Sequence record: NC_047880.1
Length of the DNA: 64,000 nt
Strand: one strand, 5' to 3'
The translations under genes were made by a program, and so were the position numbers. Position 1 is the stretch's first letter, and every line of letters begins with the position of its first letter. Below are positions 29,430-38,855 of this stretch, in pieces. A model generated the notes under the pieces. The model had not been told where the DNA came from. It made no database searches and was given only the letters and a program-made list of their open reading frames with translations.

Positions 29430-29791
29430 CGTCTACCTCCATGAAGCAGTCTTGAACCTCTACGGTTCGCGCTACCTATTTGATTGTTGTCGCACTTATG
29501 GCACAGCAATTCGAGGTTATGTTTCAAATCAGAACCGCCGTTAGCGTGTGCAACTTTGTGGTTGAGTATCAATTGTCTTGTTGCAGTACCACAACGTTCA
29601 CAGCGTTCACCACGTTCGTCGATGATACGCATCTTGTACGCAGTCCATTCAGTACGGTCCATACGCACATGAGTACCGACACGCGCACGTTCAATACCCG
29701 TAATACCTGCAAGGCGCTGTGATGTAGACATACTGCGACCACGACCACTGTTCTGTCGAGCAGCGATACCGCCCTTTGGTCTGTAAGCCAT
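29426..29791 (-). CDS. HNH endonuclease (McrA-like, zinc-binding)
   Basis: CERC...LNHKVAHANGGSDLKHNLELLCHKC. Confidence 0.85.
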   Translation of the reverse strand: MAYRPKGGIAARQNSGRGRSMSTSQRLAGITGIERARVGTHVRMDRTEWTAYKMRIIDERGERCERCGTATRQLILNHKVAHANGGSDLKHNLELLCHKCDNNQIGSANRRGSRLLHGGRR

Positions 29792-29816
29792 ACTGTTCTC
29801 CTAATAGATTCAATTC

Positions 29817-29825
29817 TATTTACAG
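29817..29825 (-). promoter_or_regulatory. Class-B motif CTGTAAATA
   Basis: Before the HNH gene. Confidence 0.7.
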
Positions 29826-29827
29826 TT

Positions 29828-30658
29828 CTAGGCAGACGCGGAGAAGATACCGACAGTCTTATCTAGACCTGCTTGATACGCCTGTTCAATGTCTTTCGCA
29901 GCAGATCGAATGATCTGTTGAGTAGCGGCATGGGCGTTAGCAATCGAATCAACATCAAGATTGTTTTTGTTCCATGCAGTGATAGCGTGGAAAACAGAGA
30001 TAAGGATTGTGCCTGCGGATTCAGCAAATGGTCCGAGTACTTCACTATTAAGAATCTCACCAAGCTGGTTAACGTCACGCAGCGCACGAAGGTCAGCAAT
30101 GATCTCACGCATCTGGTTATACAGTTGCATAAGAGCGTAAATGTCTTTACTCTGCTTTGATACCTCGTACTGCTTTTCACAGATACGAGCAATCGACTGG
30201 CACTTGGTGAACATGGTGATATATTCTTGGAGCTGTTCATTCTCCTGCTTGATAACGTCTGGAATATCATCAAGCACTTCCATCAATTGACCTTCTAATG
30301 CAGCAAGGTCAGTCGTCTTCGCAGGCTTATCGCGTTTCTTCTTCGCTTTCTTGATGGTGTCTACAGCGTTCTCTTTTTTCTTCTTTTTCTTTTTCTTCGG
30401 CGCTTCGTCTTCTGCCTGCTTCTTAGCAGTTGCAGCAGCGATCTCCGAGTACATCGAATCAGCATCAATCAGAGTAGGCATCAGGTCGAGTGCAGGGTCA
30501 CGCTTCTTTTTCTTCTTAGCGCGAATGCCTTTGCTCACTACCTTAACTGATTTGGCTTTCTTGATAGAAGTCGCTGCCTTGACAGTTGCTTTACTCGTCT
30601 TCTTTTTCGGACGTGCTTGGGCACTGGAGCCAATATCATCCAAGCTTATGGCTGGCAT
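29828..30658 (-). CDS. Protein with a Lys-rich N-terminus and a helical C-terminal domain
   Basis: Poly-Lys tracts (AKKKKKRD, PKKKKKKKE) followed by a helical domain. Confidence 0.7.
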   Translation of the reverse strand: MPAISLDDIGSSAQARPKKKTSKATVKAATSIKKAKSVKVVSKGIRAKKKKKRDPALDLMPTLIDADSMYSEIAAATAKKQAEDEAPKKKKKKKKENAVDTIKKAKKKRDKPAKTTDLAALEGQLMEVLDDIPDVIKQENEQLQEYITMFTKCQSIARICEKQYEVSKQSKDIYALMQLYNQMREIIADLRALRDVNQLGEILNSEVLGPFAESAGTILISVFHAITAWNKNNLDVDSIANAHAATQQIIRSAAKDIEQAYQAGLDKTVGIFSASA

Positions 30659-30680
30659 AGTGAATTCCTCAGTAGAAACG

Positions 30681-30710
30681 AAAAAGGGAACCCCGCGAGG
30701 CTCCCTTTAG
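30681..30710 (-). terminator. Intrinsic terminator
   Basis: AAAGGGAGCC-TCGC-GGGGTTCCCTTTTT. Confidence 0.75.
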
Positions 30711-30718
30711 GGTTTTGA

Positions 30719-31531
30719 TTAGAAGCTGTAGTTCTTGATGATGGTTGCCAGCTTGGCGTAGTAGTCCGGGCTGTAACGATACACTTTCGCGTAGTAGTCG
30801 AGCAGCTTCGGTACGTCGATGCCAGCGGCAGCAGACACGGAATCAACAGCAGGCATGTGGTTCTGATCCAGTTCATCACCAGACAGAATCGCAACCATTG
30901 ACAGTGCGCTTACTTGCTCGCTTTCGCCAGCTTCATCGACCATCAGAACGCTGTTATCATCAGTAACGCGAGCAGCGATGAAACCAACTTTCAGTTCACC
31001 AGACTGAGACACGTAGCTGGCCATGTCACCACCAACAGCAGCAGAAAGCTGTGCGTCATGGATGCTCATAGCCTGCGCAACGTGCGGCAGAGTTGCGTTG
31101 ATGTTCAGAGTGCTTGCACCAGACACGGAGCGAATCATATCAATCAGATCCGCGTTGTCGTTTGCTTCGCTACTGCGAACCAGAACTTGCTCACCACCTT
31201 CGTTAGTGCGCAGCGACCACATGCGTTCGCTCTTGTCCATATACATGTTGCTGGACAGAGCACGGAATTCGTTCGCAGTGTCGGCCTGAGCCAGCGGAAC
31301 GATATCCTGCATACGAGTCATGATAGTACGAACGTAGGTACTGGTTTTGCCAGCTTCAAGAACAGAAGCAGCGCCCTGAACAGGCAGATACTCACGATTG
31401 CAAGAAGCGCTAACGATTGCACCGAAGTTCTCTGCAATGTTCTCGTTGGCGGCGTGGGTCAGATGTACGATAGCCACACTCTGATTGTCAGAGAGCTGGT
31501 CAATCTTTTGGATGAAAGCCTTCATTGTCAT
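30719..31531 (-). CDS. Putative prohead/virion protein
   Basis: CTAATTTT motif upstream, RBS AGGAG; several S-x-S-A-like sites. Confidence 0.6.
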   Translation of the reverse strand: MTMKAFIQKIDQLSDNQSVAIVHLTHAANENIAENFGAIVSASCNREYLPVQGAASVLEAGKTSTYVRTIMTRMQDIVPLAQADTANEFRALSSNMYMDKSERMWSLRTNEGGEQVLVRSSEANDNADLIDMIRSVSGASTLNINATLPHVAQAMSIHDAQLSAAVGGDMASYVSQSGELKVGFIAARVTDDNSVLMVDEAGESEQVSALSMVAILSGDELDQNHMPAVDSVSAAAGIDVPKLLDYYAKVYRYSPDYYAKLATIIKNYSF

Positions 31532-31554
31532 CTCCTGAGATGTTTAGACAACTG

Positions 31555-31562
31555 AAAATTAG
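31555..31562 (-). promoter_or_regulatory. Class-A motif CTAATTTT
   Basis: Intergenic before 30719..31531. Confidence 0.65.
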
Positions 31563-31577
31563 TATTTCGAGGAAGAG

Positions 31578-32738
31578 TTACGTGACTCGATAGCGAGCAT
31601 TTACCCAGATGTTTCGGTTACCCATAGTAGACCACTTAGTAGTCGGACTGTTGGTAACACCCAGCTTACCAAGCGAACGAGCACCGTCAATCGCTTTAGC
31701 ACCTTGAGAACCATCACCTTCATTGAGACCGGCTTTAGACAGCTTGTTCTTCAGGTTAGTTACTGGGCCTTGTATCTGAGTTTCGAGTCTGCCTAAAGCA
31801 GCTTCGATAGAGGGAGTGCGGTCCATGTTCAAGTTAACTACTTGACCAGTGAAGTCGAAAGCCATTTGACCTTCTGCTTGTAGCTGTGCAGCAAGTGCAT
31901 AGTAACAGGCACACGTAATCCAACCATCGAGAATGGTTCCCTGCATGTTCGTACCAGCCCAGCCAGTAACGCGAGGGCCAATCATGTTGAACAGAGCAAG
32001 TCCACGATACAGATAGCCAATGATATCGCCTTGACTATACTCCAACTCAGGTATCACGTTATACGCGCGGGCTTTGTTGATATGGTCTTCAACAAGGGAT
32101 GCTGCAATGAGAACTTGCGGCGTCACTACCCACAGCTTATACGTGTACATCTTCGTTGTTTTGCGAGTGTTAGAAGTGTGCATGGCAATCAGCGATATCG
32201 GCTCAAGGCGTCTTGTCGCTACCCATACAGGAACTTTGAACACGCAGGTCTTAGCGCGGTTTGCAATCATCTTCACGCCAGCATCGGATGATTCGATGTT
32301 GTCGGCGATCATCTGGTTGTTAAGCGCCAGTTGGAATCTTAACTTATCACCGCGTACGTCGAAGTGAAACGGAAGAGTTAGTTCAAACGTTTCTTCATCG
32401 CCAAACAAACACACAATGTCTGTCACGCGGTTTTCAGTCAGAGGCTCAACGATTAATTCTTCGCGAGCCTGTACAAGACCTTCCTCAGACTCATAGCGCC
32501 ATGTAACAGACAGACGCTTGTCATCGGTAAGCCCCATGTTCGGTACAGCTAGGTCAGCAGTCCACGTACCAGGAATCTCTCCCGGCGTGGCAACAACTTG
32601 AGCTATGACCGAACGATCTTCAGGGTCAATGAGACTTACTACAGGTCCCATATCATCTGATTGAGGATATAGCGGCTGGTCTAAGTCATCAAAGAAACTT
32701 TCCTCGACGACTACGACGCTACCTTCTGTCGTGCGCAT
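31578..32738 (-). CDS. Putative virion structural (neck/adaptor-like) protein
   Basis: Late-motif operon; Ig-like beta N-half and helical C-half; role inferred only. Confidence 0.45.
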   Translation of the reverse strand: MRTTEGSVVVVEESFFDDLDQPLYPQSDDMGPVVSLIDPEDRSVIAQVVATPGEIPGTWTADLAVPNMGLTDDKRLSVTWRYESEEGLVQAREELIVEPLTENRVTDIVCLFGDEETFELTLPFHFDVRGDKLRFQLALNNQMIADNIESSDAGVKMIANRAKTCVFKVPVWVATRRLEPISLIAMHTSNTRKTTKMYTYKLWVVTPQVLIAASLVEDHINKARAYNVIPELEYSQGDIIGYLYRGLALFNMIGPRVTGWAGTNMQGTILDGWITCACYYALAAQLQAEGQMAFDFTGQVVNLNMDRTPSIEAALGRLETQIQGPVTNLKNKLSKAGLNEGDGSQGAKAIDGARSLGKLGVTNSPTTKWSTMGNRNIWVNARYRVT

Positions 32739-32739
32739 G

Positions 32740-33846
32740 TCAGCCTGCCTTAGTGAGCCCTAATGTCTCAATCAAGTTACGCAACTGATCATGGTACCCA
32801 CCAGAAATGAGTGCCCGCGCCATTGCAACGTGGTTACTACCAGCATAGCGAACGATCTTCGCCTGATACTCAGGAACGTTCTGCATGTTCTGATTCAGGT
32901 TATAGAAGAAACTCCGAATGAAGTTCACGCGCTCTACGTTGCTAGATTCCATGTCTGACGTGTCTTGAGTCGGCGTAAGCAACAGGTACATTGCTGCGGT
33001 CAGTTCAGGACTTTGATCGACGTTCTGCGATGCAATAGAAGCACTGAGCTTCATCAAGCCTTTCGCAAGGAAGTCTACAACAGGTCCGTCGATATACGCA
33101 GTGCCTGTCTTGCCAACATCAGGTAGGTACAGAGCTTGCAGAATGTAGATGCAGAAGTACAGCGGGAATTCTTTCTGCATTACATCCGTAACGAGCATCT
33201 CACTGTATTCGCGCCACATCGCCAAGTTGTAGTGCCACTCGTCATACGGAATAGTCCGCATACAAATAGACACAGCCTTGTTTAAATTCTGACTGGCGCG
33301 ACTCGACAGGTCTTGCGTGTTAGTAGCAGGACCGAATGAAGAGTTACTTACCAGTTGAACGTAGTTGCGAGTGATAGCCCCGATAGAGTTATAAATAACA
33401 TTCAGGAACTCAACGCCATTGCCGTTCAGACCAAACACGATTGAACGAGGTACAGAGATTGTCAGATACTCGTTATTATTGTCAACACCCCACAAGCGCC
33501 AGTAACGGCCTCGACCAACTTGAGTCATTGGTGCAGGCAGAATACGATGCGCTTTAGACTGTAGGCAGAACGTGAAAGCAATACCGCTGTCGACCATGAT
33601 CACTGAATCATCGGGACGATTCGAATAACCCATCGACATTTCGTTATCGGTAGAGTACACGTTGACCAGAGTAAAGTTCAGAGCCTTAGTGAAAGGCATC
33701 TGTGCCTCAATCATCTGGGTGATGACTTGGCGTATGATAGAGTCAAGCACGTATGGGCTTGCGTTACGCATTTGCTGAGGACGATACATCCCGCTATACG
33801 TGTTCGGCTTAAACGTGCGCTCTACCTTGAAGTGAGTCAACGCCAT
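32740..33846 (-). CDS. Hypothetical (putative virion) protein
   Basis: Middle gene of a CTAATTTT-driven operon. Confidence 0.65.
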   Translation of the reverse strand: MALTHFKVERTFKPNTYSGMYRPQQMRNASPYVLDSIIRQVITQMIEAQMPFTKALNFTLVNVYSTDNEMSMGYSNRPDDSVIMVDSGIAFTFCLQSKAHRILPAPMTQVGRGRYWRLWGVDNNNEYLTISVPRSIVFGLNGNGVEFLNVIYNSIGAITRNYVQLVSNSSFGPATNTQDLSSRASQNLNKAVSICMRTIPYDEWHYNLAMWREYSEMLVTDVMQKEFPLYFCIYILQALYLPDVGKTGTAYIDGPVVDFLAKGLMKLSASIASQNVDQSPELTAAMYLLLTPTQDTSDMESSNVERVNFIRSFFYNLNQNMQNVPEYQAKIVRYAGSNHVAMARALISGGYHDQLRNLIETLGLTKAG

Positions 33847-35135
33847 TACTTAACGGATTGTTTCAGTAAACGTTTCTGCTGCGGGTTGAGACCCATGACT
33901 TCTGCGATCTGGTCAATCTTCGCAAGAGTCATAACACCCTTAGCAGTACCGGAAGAAGAGGTCAGGCTGATCTTAACGAACTCACGACCGTTACGACCTT
34001 TGACAATCTGATGGATAAGATTGTTCTTGCCACCACGACCAGCACGAAGTACGCTTGACGCCATACCCAGGATTTCAACAACTGCTTCACGCTTCTCATT
34101 CGCTGTAAGTCCAGGAACGAGACGCACATACAGGCTGTCGTTTTGCACACGCACGTTGTCGAAGATTTCACGCTTCTTACCGCGAATCGTATGTTCAGCT
34201 TGACCCAGCATCGAAGTATCACGCAGGTTCTGTGTGGTACGGTTGATAGGCTTACGCTCGCTGTAGTTCAAGAAACCATCCACAGCTAACAGACTGTTGA
34301 TAGCACGTTTCAGTGAAGGACCTGTTTCGACTAAGCGGCCCATTGGGAATGAACCCGGAACCTTTTCGTCTACCAGAGTAGTCACGTAGTTGCTACTGAT
34401 GCCTGATGCGATTGCGATCTGAGTAGACAGCACGACTGCATACGCAGGGTAGTGCATGTTGTCAGAGTTAACGAACCCGTCAACGAACACGTAGGTCTGG
34501 AATACAATCGGGTCAGTACCAGACGCGATGAAAGTACGTGTACGAATTTTGGTGTACTGCTCTTTGTTCAGAATCTTTTTCAGGTAAGTAGCGATTGCAC
34601 CGACCAGTTTAAGATGTTCTTGTGGAGCGCCGTTCTTAACGTCAATGCTCATGAGGCGGACGAACTGCGATTGCTGTTCTTTAGCCTGAGTAATAACGTT
34701 CAACAACGACTTAGCCGCGCTACCCTGATCTTTGAAAGCAGTGAAGGTGCGGCTGTTCAGAATTTGATATGCTACGGACAACTCACTGATTGCCTGAGTC
34801 AACTGAGCAACCTGCGCGTTATATTTCGCTTTATTCTGCACGTCAGAGATATCAATCTTGGACAGATCGATAACCTGATTAAGCTCAATTGATTTTGCCT
34901 GTTTGCCTTTGATTGAACCTTCGATATCGGCAAGTTCAATCGTCTTAGCACTAAGGGACTGTAGCTTCTTGGGGATGGTAACAGACGTGGCGGTAGAGAC
35001 AATGTGCTCTACAACAGAGCGGAATTCCTTGGCTGTACGTGCACCACGCAATGCGACCATGTTCCCAGAGGCATAGTTAACAGCAGTGCTGATACTGCTA
35101 ACTTCATTGTTTTTGGCAATCTTAGCCATGATCAT
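33846..35135 (-). CDS. Putative virion protein with N-terminal SISTA/SLSA sites
   Basis: First gene after the CTAATTTT motif at 35167. Confidence 0.65.
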   Translation of the reverse strand: MIMAKIAKNNEVSSISTAVNYASGNMVALRGARTAKEFRSVVEHIVSTATSVTIPKKLQSLSAKTIELADIEGSIKGKQAKSIELNQVIDLSKIDISDVQNKAKYNAQVAQLTQAISELSVAYQILNSRTFTAFKDQGSAAKSLLNVITQAKEQQSQFVRLMSIDVKNGAPQEHLKLVGAIATYLKKILNKEQYTKIRTRTFIASGTDPIVFQTYVFVDGFVNSDNMHYPAYAVVLSTQIAIASGISSNYVTTLVDEKVPGSFPMGRLVETGPSLKRAINSLLAVDGFLNYSERKPINRTTQNLRDTSMLGQAEHTIRGKKREIFDNVRVQNDSLYVRLVPGLTANEKREAVVEILGMASSVLRAGRGGKNNLIHQIVKGRNGREFVKISLTSSSGTAKGVMTLAKIDQIAEVMGLNPQQKRLLKQSVK

Positions 35136-35166
35136 CCTCTACTGGGTTTAGTATTCATGTCGTGTA

Positions 35167-35174
35167 AAAATTAG
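35167..35174 (-). promoter_or_regulatory. Class-A motif CTAATTTT
   Basis: Intergenic before 33846..35135. Confidence 0.65.
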
Positions 35175-35261
35175 CGTTAAGGTAGTGAAATTACCAACAT
35201 GATCACTTTACATTTATTAAAAGCAGTGTAGGCGATTAATAAAAAATTCGTGTAGAAAAAC

Positions 35262-35289
35262 AAAAAGGGCAGCCGAAGCCACCCTTTTT
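35262..35289 (-). terminator. Intrinsic terminator after the H1-like gene
   Basis: GGGTGGCTTCGGCTGCCC with T-runs on both sides. Confidence 0.85.
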
Positions 35290-35320
35290 GAATCGTACAG
35301 TGTTAGACCGGCATCACCGA

Positions 35321-35998
35321 TTAAACAGTCACTTTGCCTTTCGCTTTAGTCTTGGTCGCTTTCTTAGCGCCAGTCTTCTGCGCAGCAGTACCAGTGTGGT
35401 GTACTGCTTTAGTTGTCACTTGCTTGCCACCCTTCAGGCGCGGCATTGGTTTCAACTTAGGCTTTTTCAGAGTCACGGAAGCTGGTTTAACTTTTGGAGT
35501 TACCAGTTTGCCGGACTTGATAGACGGCTTACGCGCTTTACGAGCGGCCAGACGTGCTTTCTGTTTTGCGATCAGGTTGCTGTAACCAGCTTTCTGTTTC
35601 GCGGCCAGGTTGGAGCGAGCTACTTTCTGACGAGCGATCAGCAGTTTGCGGATTGCTGCCTGAGATTTGGTAGTTGCTTTCAGACCGGCGGTGTATTTGC
35701 TCAGACGTTCTTTCAGGCGCTGCTCCAGGGATTTACCTTTCGCTTTAGCACGTTGACCTTTCAGGTGTTTCGCACGTTCGCCATCGAATTTTTTGTCAGC
35801 AGCATCTTTCTTAGCGGCTGGCTTTTTGGTTGCTTTGGCTTTGGCAGCTTTCGGCTTAGCAGTTTTGGCTGCTTTAGGCTTAGCGGCTTTCGCAGCTTTC
35901 GGCTTAGCAGTTTTGGCTGCTTTAGGTTTTGCTTTAGCCTTAGAACCACCTTTAACAGGGTCTTTAGGGCTGGTCAGTTTACGATTTACTTTAGCCAT
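35321..35998 (-). CDS. Histone H1-like Lys/Ala/Pro-rich DNA-binding protein
   Basis: KPKAAK(T/A)A repeats; own CTAATTTT motif and terminator. Confidence 0.8.
   Translation of the reverse strand: MAKVNRKLTSPKDPVKGGSKAKAKPKAAKTAKPKAAKAAKPKAAKTAKPKAAKAKATKKPAAKKDAADKKFDGERAKHLKGQRAKAKGKSLEQRLKERLSKYTAGLKATTKSQAAIRKLLIARQKVARSNLAAKQKAGYSNLIAKQKARLAARKARKPSIKSGKLVTPKVKPASVTLKKPKLKPMPRLKGGKQVTTKAVHHTGTAAQKTGAKKATKTKAKGKVTV
35844..35926. repeat. Direct repeat (35 bp, period 48 bp) within the H1-like gene
   Basis: gcagctttcggcttagcagttttggctgctttagg at 35844 and 35892. Confidence 0.9.
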
Positions 35999-36067
35999 GA
36001 TTATATCCTCGAAGTTACATGGAATGCTTTTGTCCTGCTGGACATTTAAGTTTCAAATCAGCATGTA

Positions 36068-36075
36068 AAAATTAG
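36068..36075 (-). promoter_or_regulatory. Class-A motif CTAATTTT
   Basis: Intergenic before the H1-like gene. Confidence 0.65.
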
Positions 36076-36118
36076 TATAATCTCCGCGATTTACCTGCAG
36101 GATTATTCCGAAATATTT

Positions 36119-37195
36119 CTACACAGCAGTATACCCAATCTCAGATAACACCGCGTTCAGTTCTTTACGCGCACTAACTCGCAAAGACTTTTTAATTCCT
36201 GATGCCTTTAGGTAATCCTTAAGGCCATCGCGTGGATCAATGTCTGCAAGCTGTAGCTCGCTAACATCAACTGTATCTATATTATCGAGATCGACTGATT
36301 TATTCGTGGAATTGATTTGGGAAATATTCGGCACACGAGTACGAATATCAGCAGGTATTGACACTTCATCTTTAACGATAGCACGGTAACGAATAGCAGG
36401 ATTTACTTCCAGCTTAGACCAATCTTTCTGCTTCTCAATCAGCACGGTCTCAAGTCTAAAGCCGGGTTTGCTATCGACGAACTTTTGTTTTACTTCGAGT
36501 TGTTTGTCCTTCGTATAGCGAACGCGGATGTGCGAGAAGCCTTTAGGCAGAGCTTCACCGAATGTCTTTTGATACGGTGAACCGCAGTAAGAGAAACGCT
36601 TCTTCGCAAGTATCTGTGCAAGATGGATGTGACCACTGATCGTATAGTCACGCGGGTCTACAGCGATATCCTTCTTAGTACGCAGCGGTCGTCCGTTATC
36701 ACCGAGTGCGCCTACAGCTTCAACGTGACAGAAGTTAAGACAAGGCTTCTTGTGCTTGATGCTGGACTTAGCAGGGTGAGGCAGGAAGTTAACTACGATG
36801 CCTTCAATCTCTACTTGCTCAGGACGCAGATAGATGTGCAATGACTTGAGGAAGTCCCACTCGGTGAACGTCTTGATAAGGTCCATAGACGTCTCAGACA
36901 TATCCGCCCAGTCGTGGTTGCCGCCACAGTACCAACTGTCGATGATACCTTCATACTTCAAGAAGAACTGGAGTAGCTTGCGCTTAGTCTCGTCAGCCAT
37001 CTTGAACTTGTCAGTGATATCACCGGGAATGAATATATGGCGTATGCCGTGTTCAATAGCATACTGATAGATGCGGTCGATCGTTTCGAGTTGACGATCA
37101 ACGTGATCTGTTGGGAAGTGAGCAGCAAGTCCTTCTAAATGCCAATCAGATGTTACAAGTGCTTCAAGGAAAGCCGCTACTTTATTCTTTTTCAT
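36119..37195 (-). CDS. sbcD: SbcD/Mre11-like metallophosphoesterase nuclease
   Basis: TSDWH, PGDITD, GGNHD, FCHVE, SGHIH motifs. Confidence 0.9.
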   Translation of the reverse strand: MKKNKVAAFLEALVTSDWHLEGLAAHFPTDHVDRQLETIDRIYQYAIEHGIRHIFIPGDITDKFKMADETKRKLLQFFLKYEGIIDSWYCGGNHDWADMSETSMDLIKTFTEWDFLKSLHIYLRPEQVEIEGIVVNFLPHPAKSSIKHKKPCLNFCHVEAVGALGDNGRPLRTKKDIAVDPRDYTISGHIHLAQILAKKRFSYCGSPYQKTFGEALPKGFSHIRVRYTKDKQLEVKQKFVDSKPGFRLETVLIEKQKDWSKLEVNPAIRYRAIVKDEVSIPADIRTRVPNISQINSTNKSVDLDNIDTVDVSELQLADIDPRDGLKDYLKASGIKKSLRVSARKELNAVLSEIGYTAV

Positions 37196-37225
37196 TCGAA
37201 GTGTTCCACATGTTCTGTTGACTGC

Positions 37226-37234
37226 TATTTACAG
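37226..37234 (-). promoter_or_regulatory. Class-B motif CTGTAAATA
   Basis: Before sbcD. Confidence 0.7.
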
Positions 37235-37263
37235 AAAAATGGGCAACCCGAAGGCCGCCCATG
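37235..37263 (-). terminator. Intrinsic terminator
   Basis: GGGCGGCC-TTCG-GGTTGCCC followed by ATTTTT. Confidence 0.8.
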
Positions 37264-37267
37264 TGGT

Positions 37268-38263
37268 TTATTTCTTACCCTGCTTCAAGCTGGAATCGTA
37301 ATGGATTCCTTTAGTCTCAAGCAGACCTTCGAGTTCTTCAACGTCGATGTTGTGCTTCTTAGCAGCCGCTGCATTAAGATGAATGGTTTTATCATTCTTA
37401 ATGTCGTAGAGAGTGATGCCGCCTTTTTTATCAGTAGGACCGTACGACATGTTCTTCAAGCTAGAAGCTTTGAAGTCGCCACCGATAAATTCTTTAAGAC
37501 CTTTAAGGTTCTTGGCATTCTCTTTTTTCTGTTCAGCCAGAGCTGCGGCGCGTCGTTCAGCACCACCAGGTTTCATCGTCTTGCCGAAACGGTTGTTGCG
37601 CTGCGCTTCAAGCTCTTTCGCTTTAGCCGGAGTGTGCGCACCAGTCACTGCGCCTTTGCGCTTGGCAGCAATTTTTGCTTCAATTTTCTTCTTGCCAATC
37701 CTGACAGACTCTGCGTGACTTGGCTTCTTACCACTGCTTGCCAGAATTTTTGCAACGTCACCGAACTTAGGCTTAAAGGTACCTTTCTTGCCTTTGATAC
37801 GAACCTGATCAACTTGCGCAGCATTAACTGTACGCAGTGAACGGCCTGGACCAGTAGTCAGAGTGATTACAGACGCAGGAAGAGCAAGTGACAGAGAAGA
37901 CAGACCCGCCTTACGCAGGGAAGCGGCCGCAGTACGCAGCAACTCTTTTGCCGCTTTGGCGTCAGCGCTTGCTTTGGTTTTCAGAGTCTTGTACTTGGTG
38001 ACCAGCTTTGTCTTAGCAGCACCCTCTGCACGGGACGCCTGACTATGGGCTGTAGTAGAATCAATCTTAGCCTTAAGAGCACCAGCCGCAAGCTTCTTCG
38101 CTTTCTTAGCAGCAGACAGAGCGGCAGCCACGGTAGCTTTGTGTGACTTGTCGATGACAAGCGTGGTAGCACCGCTAACCTGAGCAAAGATATGCGCAGG
38201 TGTTTTGGCGGCGGATTCAGAAACGATATTGCTACCGTCGAGTTTTAAACGAATGAGTGACAT
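37268..38263 (-). CDS. Lys/Ala-rich putative head-internal protein (paralog family)
   Basis: MSLIRLKLDGSNIVSESAAKTP; paralogous to 41824..42879 and 49357..50127; own late motif. Confidence 0.7.
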   Translation of the reverse strand: MSLIRLKLDGSNIVSESAAKTPAHIFAQVSGATTLVIDKSHKATVAAALSAAKKAKKLAAGALKAKIDSTTAHSQASRAEGAAKTKLVTKYKTLKTKASADAKAAKELLRTAAASLRKAGLSSLSLALPASVITLTTGPGRSLRTVNAAQVDQVRIKGKKGTFKPKFGDVAKILASSGKKPSHAESVRIGKKKIEAKIAAKRKGAVTGAHTPAKAKELEAQRNNRFGKTMKPGGAERRAAALAEQKKENAKNLKGLKEFIGGDFKASSLKNMSYGPTDKKGGITLYDIKNDKTIHLNAAAAKKHNIDVEELEGLLETKGIHYDSSLKQGKK

Positions 38264-38298
38264 GGTATGCCTCTAATGAATGAGTGTGCTGTGATTGA

Positions 38299-38306
38299 AA
38301 AATTAG
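38299..38306 (-). promoter_or_regulatory. Class-A motif CTAATTTT
   Basis: Intergenic before 37268..38263. Confidence 0.65.
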
Positions 38307-38309
38307 CAT

Positions 38310-38837
38310 CTACCGTCTTCTAACGCGGTCTTGATACTCATTAAATCGTAGCCAGTCGTTCCACAAATAAGTCACAGGTTTAGAATTCTTTAGTGCGTAG
38401 TCGATACAGTTCTGAGTACCGGAAGGTGCACCGCAACAAAGAGCAAGAAGTCTATCCGTGTTATCAACCATATAGTGATTGCGCTTGTTCAACGCAAACC
38501 CAGCTTGACCGTCCATATGAACCCAGTCTTCTTTAGACGTGACTATACGAACTTCGTGGCTTCTGTTCAGCAACACGTCCAGCTCCCACACACTATCGAG
38601 AGGCCAACGAGCATTGAAGCCCAAGAAAGGAATACACGATATGACTTTGTGCCCTTGTTCGATAGCAGCAGTGGCAACAGCCATGTCCCAACCTAAAGCA
38701 CAGCCTACCCACAGTTCAACTTCCTTGTCTAGCTTCAAAAGCGGTCTGTGGGCAAACTTATAGAGGCGCTTCTTGGCCTCAGAACCATATCCACCTAAAT
38801 ACTGTGGGCGGTGACCTGTGAAAGAGTATTTATTCAT
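38310..38837 (-). CDS. SLOG superfamily YspA/DUF1273-like protein
   Basis: SFTGHRP, GCALGWD, IPF..F..RW, RNHYMVDN.D.LLA...G.PSGT.NC..YA. Confidence 0.88.
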   Translation of the reverse strand: MNKYSFTGHRPQYLGGYGSEAKKRLYKFAHRPLLKLDKEVELWVGCALGWDMAVATAAIEQGHKVISCIPFLGFNARWPLDSVWELDVLLNRSHEVRIVTSKEDWVHMDGQAGFALNKRNHYMVDNTDRLLALCCGAPSGTQNCIDYALKNSKPVTYLWNDWLRFNEYQDRVRRR

Positions 38838-38843
38838 GCAGTA

Positions 38844-38852
38844 TATTTACAG
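38844..38852 (-). promoter_or_regulatory. Class-B motif CTGTAAATA
   Basis: 6 nt before the SLOG gene ATG. Confidence 0.65.
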
Positions 38853-38855
38853 ATA

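Noticed and set aside
29828-30658. Terminase small subunit assignment
   Set aside because: No recognisable HTH/TerS motif and no adjacent large terminase in the window
35288-36049. 253-aa plus-strand ORF
   Set aside because: Antisense shadow of the low-complexity H1-like gene; no RBS or promoter, and it runs against local gene orientation
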